Origin: an uncultured delta proteobacterium
GTDB lineage: Bacteria > Desulfobacterota > Binatia > Binatales > Binataceae
DNA length: 64,000 nucleotides
Reading direction: 5' to 3'
Assembly (NCBI GenBank): GCA_963808235.1
Contig: CAWEEQ010000004.1
Coordinates: forward strand, 2,464,001-2,528,000
Part shown: piece by piece, positions 47,564 to 57,257 of the stretch
How positions within the stretch are numbered: the first letter of the stretch is position 1
Layout: each line of letters opens with the position of its first letter
The notes under the pieces: model-generated
Seen by the model: the letters and a program-made list of their open reading frames with translations, nothing else
The model's database searches: none
Told to the model about the DNA's origin: nothing
Program-made: the position numbers and the translations under genes

Positions 47564-48583
47564 CTACAAATTTCTTCCGACGGCCTCGGCCAGCGGCTTC
47601 AGCGACTTCATCAAGGCCGCGAATCGCGACGGCTTCAGCTGCTGCGGTCCGTCGGAGAGCGCGTGTTCGGGTTTCGGATGCACCTCGATCAGCAATCCGT
47701 CTGCGCCCGCCGCGATCGCTGCCAGGGCCATCGGCGCCACCAGCGAGTACATTCCGGTGCCATGGCTCGGATCGACCAGCACCGGCAGATGCGTCCATTC
47801 CTTGAGCAGCGGCACCGCGTTCAAATCGAGCGTGTTGCGCGTCGCCGTCTCGAAAGTGCGAATCCCGCGCTCGCATAGCACCACGTTGGGATTCCCTTCC
47901 GACAAAATATATTCCGCCGCCATCATGAACTCTTCGAGCTTGGTCGACATCCCGCGCTTGAGCAGCACCGGCTTCTTGATTCTTCCGAGCCGCCGCAGCA
48001 GCGAGAAATTCTGCGCATTGCGCGCGCCGACCTGCAGCATGTCCGAATGCTCGATCACGAGATCGATATCGTGCGGATCCATTATCTCGGTGACCACCGG
48101 CAAGCCGACCCGGCGCCCGGCGTGTTCGAGCATCTTCAACCCTTCGCCTTCCAACCCCTGGAACGCGTACGGCGAGGTGCGCGGCTTGAACGCTCCGCCG
48201 CGCAACATGTGAGCGCCCGCCTCTTTGACCGCGTCAGCCGCGGCCTCGACTTGCTCTTCGCTCTCGACCGCGCACGGTCCCGCCGCGACCACAATTCGCT
48301 TGCCGCCGATCTCGACGTTGCCGACTTTGATTCGCGATCCTTCCGGGCGCACCTCGCGCGACGCGAGCTTGAACGATCGCACCACCGGCATCACCCGCTC
48401 GACGCCCGCGACCGACTCCAGATGCGTCAGCTGATGCTTTTCGCCACGCTCGTCGCCGACGCAGGCGACCACCGTGCGCTCGACTCCGCGGATTATGTGC
48501 GCGTTGTAGTCTAGATCCTCGACCATCTTGACGACGGTCTGAATCTCGGCCTCGCTGGCATGCGCTTTCATTACGACGATCAA
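47564..48583 (-). CDS. aroF: DAHP synthase, type I-beta with N-terminal ferredoxin-like regulatory domain
   Basis: AGPCAVE, RGGAFKPRTS, KRG, CERG, DPSH. Confidence 0.95.
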   Translation of the reverse strand: MIVVMKAHASEAEIQTVVKMVEDLDYNAHIIRGVERTVVACVGDERGEKHQLTHLESVAGVERVMPVVRSFKLASREVRPEGSRIKVGNVEIGGKRIVVAAGPCAVESEEQVEAAADAVKEAGAHMLRGGAFKPRTSPYAFQGLEGEGLKMLEHAGRRVGLPVVTEIMDPHDIDLVIEHSDMLQVGARNAQNFSLLRRLGRIKKPVLLKRGMSTKLEEFMMAAEYILSEGNPNVVLCERGIRTFETATRNTLDLNAVPLLKEWTHLPVLVDPSHGTGMYSLVAPMALAAIAAGADGLLIEVHPKPEHALSDGPQQLKPSRFAALMKSLKPLAEAVGRNL

Positions 48584-48681
48584 GTTCCGCGAACCTCCTG
48601 CAACAACGATGGAACCAACGCTCGAAGTCTAGTAAATCTGACTCTACAGGATGTCATCCTCGACCGGAACTGGAGCCCAAT

Positions 48682-49433
48682 TTGCCCGCCAAACCGCATC
48701 GTCCGCTGCACATCATTCATACTTCCGATGTCCATCTCGAAACCGACACCTTCGGTTCCGGCGAGCGCGGCGTGCAGTTGCGCGACAAGGTCCGCAATTC
48801 GTTCGGCCGCGTGATCGATATCGCCAATGATCGCGAGGCCGACATGCTCCTGATCGTCGGCGACCTGTTCGATTCCGCACGCGTCACCGAAGAAGGCCTG
48901 GCCTTCGCATTCGGCACTATCGCGCGCGCCCGGATGCCAGTGGTGATGATCCCGGCAATCACGACGCGCACGACGAGCGATCGATCTACGCGGGACTCGC
49001 TCCGGGCGCGCTTCCGGAAAATCTGCATCTGATCCTCGAGCCCGACGGAAGGACGATCCATTTTCCCGATCTCGCGACCCGGGTATGGGGCCGCGCGATC
49101 GTCGAGCATACTCCGGACTATAGGCCGCTCGGCGGCGTTCCCGAGCCCGACGACGGCCTTTGGAACATCGCGCTCGCACACGGATTCTTCATGGAAGAAG
49201 GCGAGATGGAACGCTCGTCGCCGATTACGCCGGCCGAGATCGAGCGCTCCCGCTACGACTATATCGCGCTTGGCCACGTGCATGTTTTCAGCGACGTGTC
49301 GCAAGGCTCGACCCGCGCCTTTTACTGCGGCACTCCGGCGCCGCTCTATTCGAGCGAGAATTCGGGATGGGTCCTGTCGGTGAACTTCGTGCCCGGCGAG
49401 CCCGTTAAGATCGAGCGCTTGATGGTCGGATAG
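48682..49433 (+). pseudogene. SbcD/Mre11-like metallophosphoesterase with a -1 frameshift at the CCC run 48951-48953
   Basis: HTSDVH, GDLFD; adding one C restores PGNHD and continues to AHG and ALGHVH. Confidence 0.8.
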
Positions 49434-49436
49434 AAG

Positions 49437-49853
49437 TCAGCGGCCCGACGCGGCCTCGTCGGTGCGCCGGAGCTCAGGATAGATCGACGCCAGACGCCGC
49501 CACATCCGCTCGAGCCCGTAGCTGTCGAATGGCTCCACGATACACTCGAGCGCGCCCTCATTGAGGAATATTCGCTGATTGTCCGGCTGCTGCGATGCGC
49601 CGACGACCACCACCGACGTCGCGGGCGACTCCTTGCGAATCGCCCTGAACAACGTCAACGCGTTAACACTGTTGCTGCCGCGCAGACCGACGTCGAGTGT
49701 AACGATGTGGGGCCGAGTGGTGCGGAACAGATCCATGGTCTGACCGACGGTCTCGGTCTCGGCCACGATTTGGCATCCTCCGCACTCGAGATGATTGCGA
49801 ATGATGTCCCGCGTGATCATCGAGCTATCTGCAATCAGCACCCGCACTGCCAT
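49437..49853 (-). CDS. Single-domain response regulator (atypical receiver)
   Basis: RVLIADSS, TLDV, IVEPF (conserved Lys replaced by Glu). Confidence 0.85.
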   Translation of the reverse strand: MAVRVLIADSSMITRDIIRNHLECGGCQIVAETETVGQTMDLFRTTRPHIVTLDVGLRGSNSVNALTLFRAIRKESPATSVVVVGASQQPDNQRIFLNEGALECIVEPFDSYGLERMWRRLASIYPELRRTDEAASGR

Positions 49854-50470
49854 TGTCGGCTCCTCCCGGACGCACGCGTCCCGATCGCGACTCTCGATTT
49901 GTTCATCGCGGCAACCCAGTTGAAGAAGTAGCAAGGGCGGGGCCAAGAAGTGTGAGCATCGGACGCAACGGTCAATTCTCGTCAGTCCAATCCGATTGTT
50001 TGGTGCTTTCTGCGGATCCGGGTCGCAACCATTTGTTCCCGAGTCTGGCATCTTCGGGCGAGCACCGAGGCTCATCCCCGGCTGGGTCTCGCACGACGTT
50101 TTGCTGTGGATAACTACCATCACAGCGAATTCTGGCCGAATTTGCTTAATAATCTGGCGCCGATAGGAGCGCTTAAAGCCGCGCCTTCAATAGCGCTCAG
50201 ATCTCTTCGACAGTGTCACAGGCATGGCGATCGTAGATTGGGCCGGCGCGGCAGCATGCAATCAGAGACTGTTGATAACCGATCAGCTTGGCTTTTTGAC
50301 CACTCTTAAGCGGTCGCGATGCGGCATCTTGCAGTTCCCGTCATCGTTGCAGGCAAGCGATTTGTAGCATTGCAGTGACATGCATCAAGGCTCGTCGCAA
50401 GCATTCAAGACACACTTTGTAGTGCCAATTCTGGTCTGACGAAGGTCGTAAATCGGAGCGGCCGAGACGC

Positions 50471-50503
50471 AAAAAAGCGGCGGAGTCGTGATGACTCCGC
50501 CGC
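50471..50503 (-). terminator. groESL terminator
   Basis: GCGGCGGAGTC/GACTCCGCCGC hairpin plus T6 on the minus strand. Confidence 0.88.
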
Positions 50504-50556
50504 CGATTGTAACTGTCAGTCACAGGTGGATGACCACCTGTTGCGCCGAGCGGTGG

Positions 50557-52233
<1,677 letters not shown>

Positions 52234-52272
52234 TCAATAATGAGGGAATTTGCTCGGGACCAGGCCCGTCGC

Positions 52273-52563
52273 TTACTCGAGGATTCCCAGGATGTCGTCC
52301 TCGCGCATGATCACGTGCTCTTCGCCGTCGAGCTTGATCTCGCTGCCCGAGTATTTGCCGAACAGGATCTTATCGCCGGCCTTCACCTCGATCGGGATAA
52401 GCTTGCCGTCTTCGCTGTACTTGCCTTTGCCGACGGCGACAACCTTGCCTTCCTGCGGCTTTTCCTTCGCGGTGTCGGGGATGATAATTCCACCCTTGGT
52501 CCGCTCTTCTTCCTTGATACGCTTGATCAGAATTCGATCGCCCAGCGGTCTAAATCCTTTCAT
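52273..52563 (-). CDS. groS: Co-chaperonin GroES
   Basis: [24 protein letters not shown]. Confidence 0.98.
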   Translation of the reverse strand: MKGFRPLGDRILIKRIKEEERTKGGIIIPDTAKEKPQEGKVVAVGKGKYSEDGKLIPIEVKAGDKILFGKYSGSEIKLDGEEHVIMREDDILGILE

Positions 52564-52652
52564 TGGGGATCCGTAGCCTCCTCGCTTGCGTGATTGTGGT
52601 GGCCGGACGATTCCAGCCATTGGGAAAGTAGTAACTATCCGGTTTTTGTCAA

Positions 52653-52679
52653 TTGGCACTCAGCACTATCGAGTGCCAA
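52653..52679. promoter_or_regulatory. CIRCE element (HrcA operator)
   Basis: TTGGCACTC-N9-GAGTGCCAA upstream of groES, abutting a minus-strand TTGACA at 52647-52652. Confidence 0.92.
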
Positions 52680-52789
52680 TGGCATTTTAGCTGTATCGAG
52701 GGGAAATGCAACCCCTGTGGATAAGTCGGGATTGCCGCCGCTTCAAGGTCCCTGTCGGCGGAGGTCTCCACAGTCTGGGAAACAACGAT

Positions 52790-53059
52790 TTAAGCGATCG
52801 CCTTTACCCTGTGAAGCTCTTCCCGCAACACGGATCGCACTTCTTTGCCAACTTCCTGAGCGAGGCTCGGACGCTGCATGTGCTCTCGAAGCGCGTCGTT
52901 GATCAGGGTCTGATAGTTACCGCGGTGCGCCTTACGGACCAGTTCGCGAAAGTGATCCACGATGTCGCTGTCCAGGCGGATGGTGATCCGAACCTTTTCA
53001 CGCGGCAAAGGAACCACGGCTCCTCGCCTGCCTTTGCTGAGATCGTATTCCCGCTTCAT
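52790..53059 (-). CDS. brnA: BrnA family antitoxin
   Basis: EYDLSKG, ITIRLD, YQTLINDALR. Confidence 0.9.
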   Translation of the reverse strand: MKREYDLSKGRRGAVVPLPREKVRITIRLDSDIVDHFRELVRKAHRGNYQTLINDALREHMQRPSLAQEVGKEVRSVLREELHRVKAIA

Positions 53060-53328
53060 ATTCGCTTGTCCTCGTATTGAGCCCGCTCGCGCGGAGTCGC
53101 ATTGCGCGCCGAGATAATGCGAATGGTGCTCCCGCGTACCGCGTACGAAACCGCCAGAATACGTCCTTGAGCGTCCATGCCGAAGGTCAAATACCGCTCT
53201 TCCGCAGGGTGCACGTCGGGCAGAGTAATCGCGCGGTCATCGTCGAAAACCACAACGGCGTCGAGGAACTCAACCCGGTGCTTGCGAAGATTCTGTTGGG
53301 CCTTTTTCGGATCCCATTCGTATTCCAC
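53056..53328 (-). CDS. brnT: BrnT family toxin (ribonuclease)
   Basis: EWDPKK..NLRKH, EER, IRIISAR; ATGA overlap with the antitoxin. Confidence 0.92.
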   Translation of the reverse strand: MEYEWDPKKAQQNLRKHRVEFLDAVVVFDDDRAITLPDVHPAEERYLTFGMDAQGRILAVSYAVRGSTIRIISARNATPRERAQYEDKRI

Positions 53329-53436
53329 CCGTCGCCCCTAATTTCTCGTGTACAGTGTACACGAAGGCGCCCGCCTCCGCGAGGCGGTGCGAAACAACGG
53401 GGATTCACATTAGATTAGGTTTCGCTCCTGACGCGG

Positions 53437-53811
53437 TCACCGATCGACGATGTATCCTCGGAACATCGCCTGGGCGTTCATTGCGGGACGGTATTCCGAA
53501 ATCGAGCGCGAGCCGCGGTGGTCATCGTTCCAGACCGCGTGTGGCGTGCCCGGCGGGATAACCATCACGCTCCCCCGCTCCAGGACGTACTCCTTTCCCG
53601 CAACTCGGCATCGCACCGCACCCTCGACGACTTCCAGCCGCTCCTCCTGATGCGTGTGAATGTGATCCCGGGGCGCAGCCGAGACGTCGCGCGCGATATA
53701 TTCGCATCGGAAGAGTTCGCCGGCGGTCTCTTCCGCTGACTTGAGGACGATAACTCGATCTTGTGTTGCGGCATGATCCGAAGCCTGAGTCGCCGAAACC
53801 TGAGTCGCCAT
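53437..53811 (-). CDS. Cupin domain protein
   Basis: HIHTHQEE...G, IPPGTPH. Confidence 0.87.
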   Translation of the reverse strand: MATQVSATQASDHAATQDRVIVLKSAEETAGELFRCEYIARDVSAAPRDHIHTHQEERLEVVEGAVRCRVAGKEYVLERGSVMVIPPGTPHAVWNDDHRGSRSISEYRPAMNAQAMFRGYIVDR

Positions 53812-53875
53812 GATCTTTCTCCTTCCGTGTAAGGAGAAATCTAACATTTCGTCGCTGTTGATCCGCGCGCGATTG

Positions 53876-53893
53876 CTGACAGCGCTGTGTCAG
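53876..53893. promoter_or_regulatory. Palindromic operator, probably for the adjacent WYL regulator
   Basis: CTGACA-N6-TGTCAG upstream of the cupin gene; weaker copy at 53928-53947. Confidence 0.65.
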
Positions 53894-53972
53894 GACAGTC
53901 GGATGGAGCGCGCGCGAGTCTCAAGTTCCTGACAGCGTCCCTTCAGGAGCCTTGCGCGGGCGTTGTCACGGG

Positions 53973-54656
53973 TCAGGACTTGCTGAGCAGATGGCGGAAC
54001 AAGTCCTCCGCCGACTTGCCGGCCTCCTGCGCGAACGGCTCGCTCAGGAACTCCACGTCGCTCATGCGGTCGACGCGGAAGAAGCGGAAATCATCGCGCA
54101 GTTCGCACCACGATGCGGCGGTCCAAAACGGAGGATAGAACCAAAGGCTCAAAGGACGTATCTTGCGGCGCGTCTCGGCGCCCTTCTCGTCGCAGTAGCG
54201 GAAACGGACTTTCTGGCAGCCGCGAATCGAGGCGCGCAATCGTCCGAGATCGAACGAGACCGGCACCCGCCGCACGTCCTTTGGCGCCCACAGCGATCGA
54301 TCGTCCAACATCCGCTGCAGATGCGCCGGCAGCACGTTCTCGATCTTCGACAACGCCAGGTCGGCTGCGCGGCCCAACTCGGCGTCGCTCCAGTTCTGCA
54401 CCATGCGAGCGCCGAAGACGAGCGCCTCGAGCTCGTTCTCGCTGAACATCAGCGGCGGCAGATCGTATCCCTTGCGCAGCGAGTAGCCGATTCCGGTGGC
54501 GCCCTCGATCGGGACCTTGCTCGCGATCAGGTCGCTGATGTCGCGGTAGATAGTGCGCTCGCTGACGTTGAACTGTTCGGCGAGCGAGCTGGCGGTGACC
54601 ACCCGGCGTCTGCGCAGCCGCTGGATGATTTCGAACAGGCGATCGGCGCGGCGCAT
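53973..54656 (-). CDS. YafY-family HTH-WYL-WCX transcriptional regulator
   Basis: MRRADRLFEIIQ, VSERTIYRDI, WCELRDDFRFFRVDR. Confidence 0.93.
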   Translation of the reverse strand: MRRADRLFEIIQRLRRRRVVTASSLAEQFNVSERTIYRDISDLIASKVPIEGATGIGYSLRKGYDLPPLMFSENELEALVFGARMVQNWSDAELGRAADLALSKIENVLPAHLQRMLDDRSLWAPKDVRRVPVSFDLGRLRASIRGCQKVRFRYCDEKGAETRRKIRPLSLWFYPPFWTAASWCELRDDFRFFRVDRMSDVEFLSEPFAQEAGKSAEDLFRHLLSKS

Positions 54657-54775
54657 GATAGTTGAGCTTCTCTCACTGTCGCAGTCGGGCGGCAACACCC
54701 CGGACTCTGTCGGACAAGGAGAGGGCATTGCAAGGAAACGATTTTGAGGACTGTTAGAGATTCGAGATTCCGAAC

Positions 54776-55099
54776 CTAAATGGAATCGACCGGATGGCCC
54801 ACTTGCTCGGAGATCGCCTCCGCGAGGCGCGCGAAAAGCCCGTGCCCATCCTTGTCATCGAGCCACACAGCTTTGCCGGCGTCCCAATTGTAGTGGTATG
54901 CGTGCGAGCCCGCGGCGAGCCACATCTGCTTCATCTGCGCTTGCCGGCTCAAGATAAACTTCGCGCCGCCGGCGAACTCAAGCGTCACGACGCCGTCGGC
55001 GGTGGTGAAGTCCACTTCGTCGGGATCGAAGTCTTCGAGCCACTTCGCGACTTTGTTGAGGCACGCGTCGGAGCGCTCGCGAAATTCGTTGTCGTCCAT
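54776..55099 (-). CDS. cyaY: Iron donor protein CyaY (frataxin)
   Basis: DGVVTLEF...ILSRQ...QMWLA...HY. Confidence 0.88.
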   Translation of the reverse strand: MDDNEFRERSDACLNKVAKWLEDFDPDEVDFTTADGVVTLEFAGGAKFILSRQAQMKQMWLAAGSHAYHYNWDAGKAVWLDDKDGHGLFARLAEAISEQVGHPVDSI

Positions 55100-55184
55100 G
55101 CGCAGATTGTATCAACCGCCAACGCGATACGGTACGCGCAGATCTGCAGTCCGCACAGATCAGCGCTCCACGTTTCTCAAACGC

Positions 55185-55228
55185 GACCGGTTCCCCTTCC
55201 CACATGGGAAGGGGTTAGGGGTTAGGTT
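55185..55228. repeat. 44-bp inverted repeat (family C), left arm flanking DUF559
   Basis: GACCGGTTCCCCTTCCCACATGGGAAGGGGTTAGGGGTTAGGTT, perfect reverse complement of 55628-55671. Confidence 0.93.
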
Positions 55229-55611
55229 TGCCTGCTCATGCACAAAGCCTCTTTGATGTATGCGATCACCGCTTCGCTGTCGTGCATCGCTTCGTTGGAA
55301 ATCCTGAGAACCCGGACTCCCCGCATGGAAATAGCTTTGTCGCGCGATTCATCATCTCTCCATTGCTCAACATGCGGACTGCCATCGAGCTCGACTGCTA
55401 GTTTGGCAGCGTCGCAGTAGAAATCGACGATGAATCCTTCAATCACTTGTTGACGACGAAAGTGAAAACCGTCCAGCGCATTTCGTCGGAGAGCTTTCCA
55501 GAGAATCCGCTCGGCTGTAGTCATTTCACGACGCAATCGTTTCGCGAGTGCGAGCTTGTCCGGCTGGACGTTTTGACTGCGTATGATTTTTCCGTCGGGG
55601 TTAATGGGCAT
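55222..55611 (-). CDS. DUF559 / Vsr-like endonuclease domain protein
   Basis: AKRLRREMT.AE..LW..LR, FRRQ.VI..FIVDFYC...LAVELDG..H. Confidence 0.92.
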   Translation of the reverse strand: MPINPDGKIIRSQNVQPDKLALAKRLRREMTTAERILWKALRRNALDGFHFRRQQVIEGFIVDFYCDAAKLAVELDGSPHVEQWRDDESRDKAISMRGVRVLRISNEAMHDSEAVIAYIKEALCMSRQT

Positions 55612-55627
55612 CCTGCTTGGGCTGGCT

Positions 55628-55671
55628 AACCTAACCCCTAACCCCTTCCCATGTGGGAAGGGGAACCGGTC
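55628..55671. repeat. 44-bp inverted repeat (family C), right arm flanking DUF559
   Basis: AACCTAACCCCTAACCCCTTCCCATGTGGGAAGGGGAACCGGTC. Confidence 0.93.
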
Positions 55672-55707
55672 AAAGATCCAATCAAGTTCCCCGTGTGAAG
55701 TTCCCCT

Positions 55708-55986
55708 TCAGCGCTGCGGGCCTTTTTTGCGCATCTCTTCGTCACGATAGCGGCGATAGAGCAGGGTCCATTCGTTGGAGCCTTCCGTGATGCCGCGTTT
55801 GATCGAATTGATCTTGCGCCGCACGATCGCGTCGATCGCGTCGCCCTCTTCGTTGAACTGCGCGACGATCTCGCGCGCCTGCCGCAGCGCGAGCGGAAAG
55901 TTGGCGATCTCGGCCAGGCCCTCTTCGCGCAGCTTGTTCAATGACTCGCGCGCGAGAAAGAGCACTCGTCCTTCGCTGAGCTTCAT
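55708..55986 (-). CDS. DUF507 family protein
   Basis: MKLSEGRV..LA...VRRKI.S.KR.I.EGS.EW..LY..Y..EE. Confidence 0.82.
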   Translation of the reverse strand: MKLSEGRVLFLARESLNKLREEGLAEIANFPLALRQAREIVAQFNEEGDAIDAIVRRKINSIKRGITEGSNEWTLLYRRYRDEEMRKKGPQR

Positions 55987-56258
55987 AGGGTGAAGTCTTT
56001 CTTCTCGGCCAGGCGCTGACGGATAAGCCCGCGCAGCCGGGTAACATCAAGGCGCGGGTCGCGGCGTGCCTCCGCCTCAGCCATCTTGTCGGCTTCGTCG
56101 TCGATCTGCGCCTCGGTCTCGAAATTCGCCGACATCAATTCCACCACGCAGGCAACGAGATCCTTCACGTCGCCCTTGGGCTTGATCGCGCCGCGATCGA
56201 TGAGCCCCTGCACGAGATGAGTCGCGAGCGCGTCGATCTGTGCTTCCCGCATCGCCAT
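55983..56258 (-). CDS. DUF507 family protein (tandem partner)
   Basis: E.QID.EA...IRQRLAEKKDFTL; paired with the downstream DUF507 gene. Confidence 0.75.
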   Translation of the reverse strand: MAMREAQIDALATHLVQGLIDRGAIKPKGDVKDLVACVVELMSANFETEAQIDDEADKMAEAEARRDPRLDVTRLRGLIRQRLAEKKDFTL

Positions 56259-56310
56259 AGATTCAAGCTTGACCGGATCGCGTGCGTCTTGTCAAAAAGC
56301 AAAGGGCGCG

Positions 56311-57120
56311 TCAGTGGGGCTTTTTGGCGTTCTCTTTGTCCTGCTCTTCCTTGTAGACCTCGTCCATCTTGGGTTCGAGCGTCTCGTAGAATTCCTTGAT
56401 ATGCCCGACGTTGGCGCCGAGGTCGCCGGGGAAGTAGCGCAGCATCGAGGTCGAATCCGGCCGCGCCATGCCCGAGCGCGAGCATACGTCGATTTCTCCG
56501 GACGGCTCGATCGACACCCTCACGTCGTCTTCCCACTTGAAAATTCGCGACGTGTAGATGCAATCGATCGTGTAGCTGCCCGGATCTTTCTTGACGATTT
56601 TCCATCCGCCGAGCGAGCCCAGGGTCTGCTCGGACAGATCGAAAAGTTTCTGGCGCGAGATCCCGGGAAAGCTGCGCCGAATCAGCTCGGGGTAGATGTC
56701 CTCGAGGGGAGCGGGCGTGCCGATCGGTGGGAGCCGGCGGGTGCTATCCTGTTCTTCAGCCGCTGCTCTTCTGGCGGGATGCTTTTTTGCCGCAGGAGTT
56801 GGCGATGCCGCCGGCTGAGCCTTCGCACTCTCACCCATGTCGCAGGTCACCGAGCCCGACCCCGTCGTGCTGGCCGCCGCGGAGTTCATCGTGACGAATC
56901 GGGCCACGCGATTCGCGATGCCGGGCTTCTCGAAGATCGTCTCGTTGTTCATGATCATCGCGACTCCAGCCGCGGCGACCGCGATACCGACGAAGAAAAT
57001 CGCAAGGCGGACGAACAGCGAGATCACCCGGCGCAGAATCGGCACAAAGATCAACGCGGCGAGAACAACGAACGCGACGATGAGTGCGGGCAGCATGGCC
57101 ATGTTGGGAAACCCCGACAC
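56311..57120 (-). CDS. DUF1499-like membrane protein
   Basis: Two N-terminal TM helices; TSRIFKWEDDV...IDVCSRS...DLGANV.HI. Confidence 0.75.
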   Translation of the reverse strand: MSGFPNMAMLPALIVAFVVLAALIFVPILRRVISLFVRLAIFFVGIAVAAAGVAMIMNNETIFEKPGIANRVARFVTMNSAAASTTGSGSVTCDMGESAKAQPAASPTPAAKKHPARRAAAEEQDSTRRLPPIGTPAPLEDIYPELIRRSFPGISRQKLFDLSEQTLGSLGGWKIVKKDPGSYTIDCIYTSRIFKWEDDVRVSIEPSGEIDVCSRSGMARPDSTSMLRYFPGDLGANVGHIKEFYETLEPKMDEVYKEEQDKENAKKPH

Positions 57121-57257
57121 GAATGCCTATCTGTTTGCATGGCGCGGGTGCAAGATGCCCGTCGCCGGCCGCAATGTGAATTCCTGACACGAAACCGGCG
57201 CGATCCATGGATGGACCGCGCCGGAAAATCGTCATTGGCAGTTCTTAGATCGAGGGC

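Noticed and set aside
50405-50430. Minus-strand TGGCAC as a sigma54 promoter for the receiver gene
   Set aside because: No GC at the -12 position
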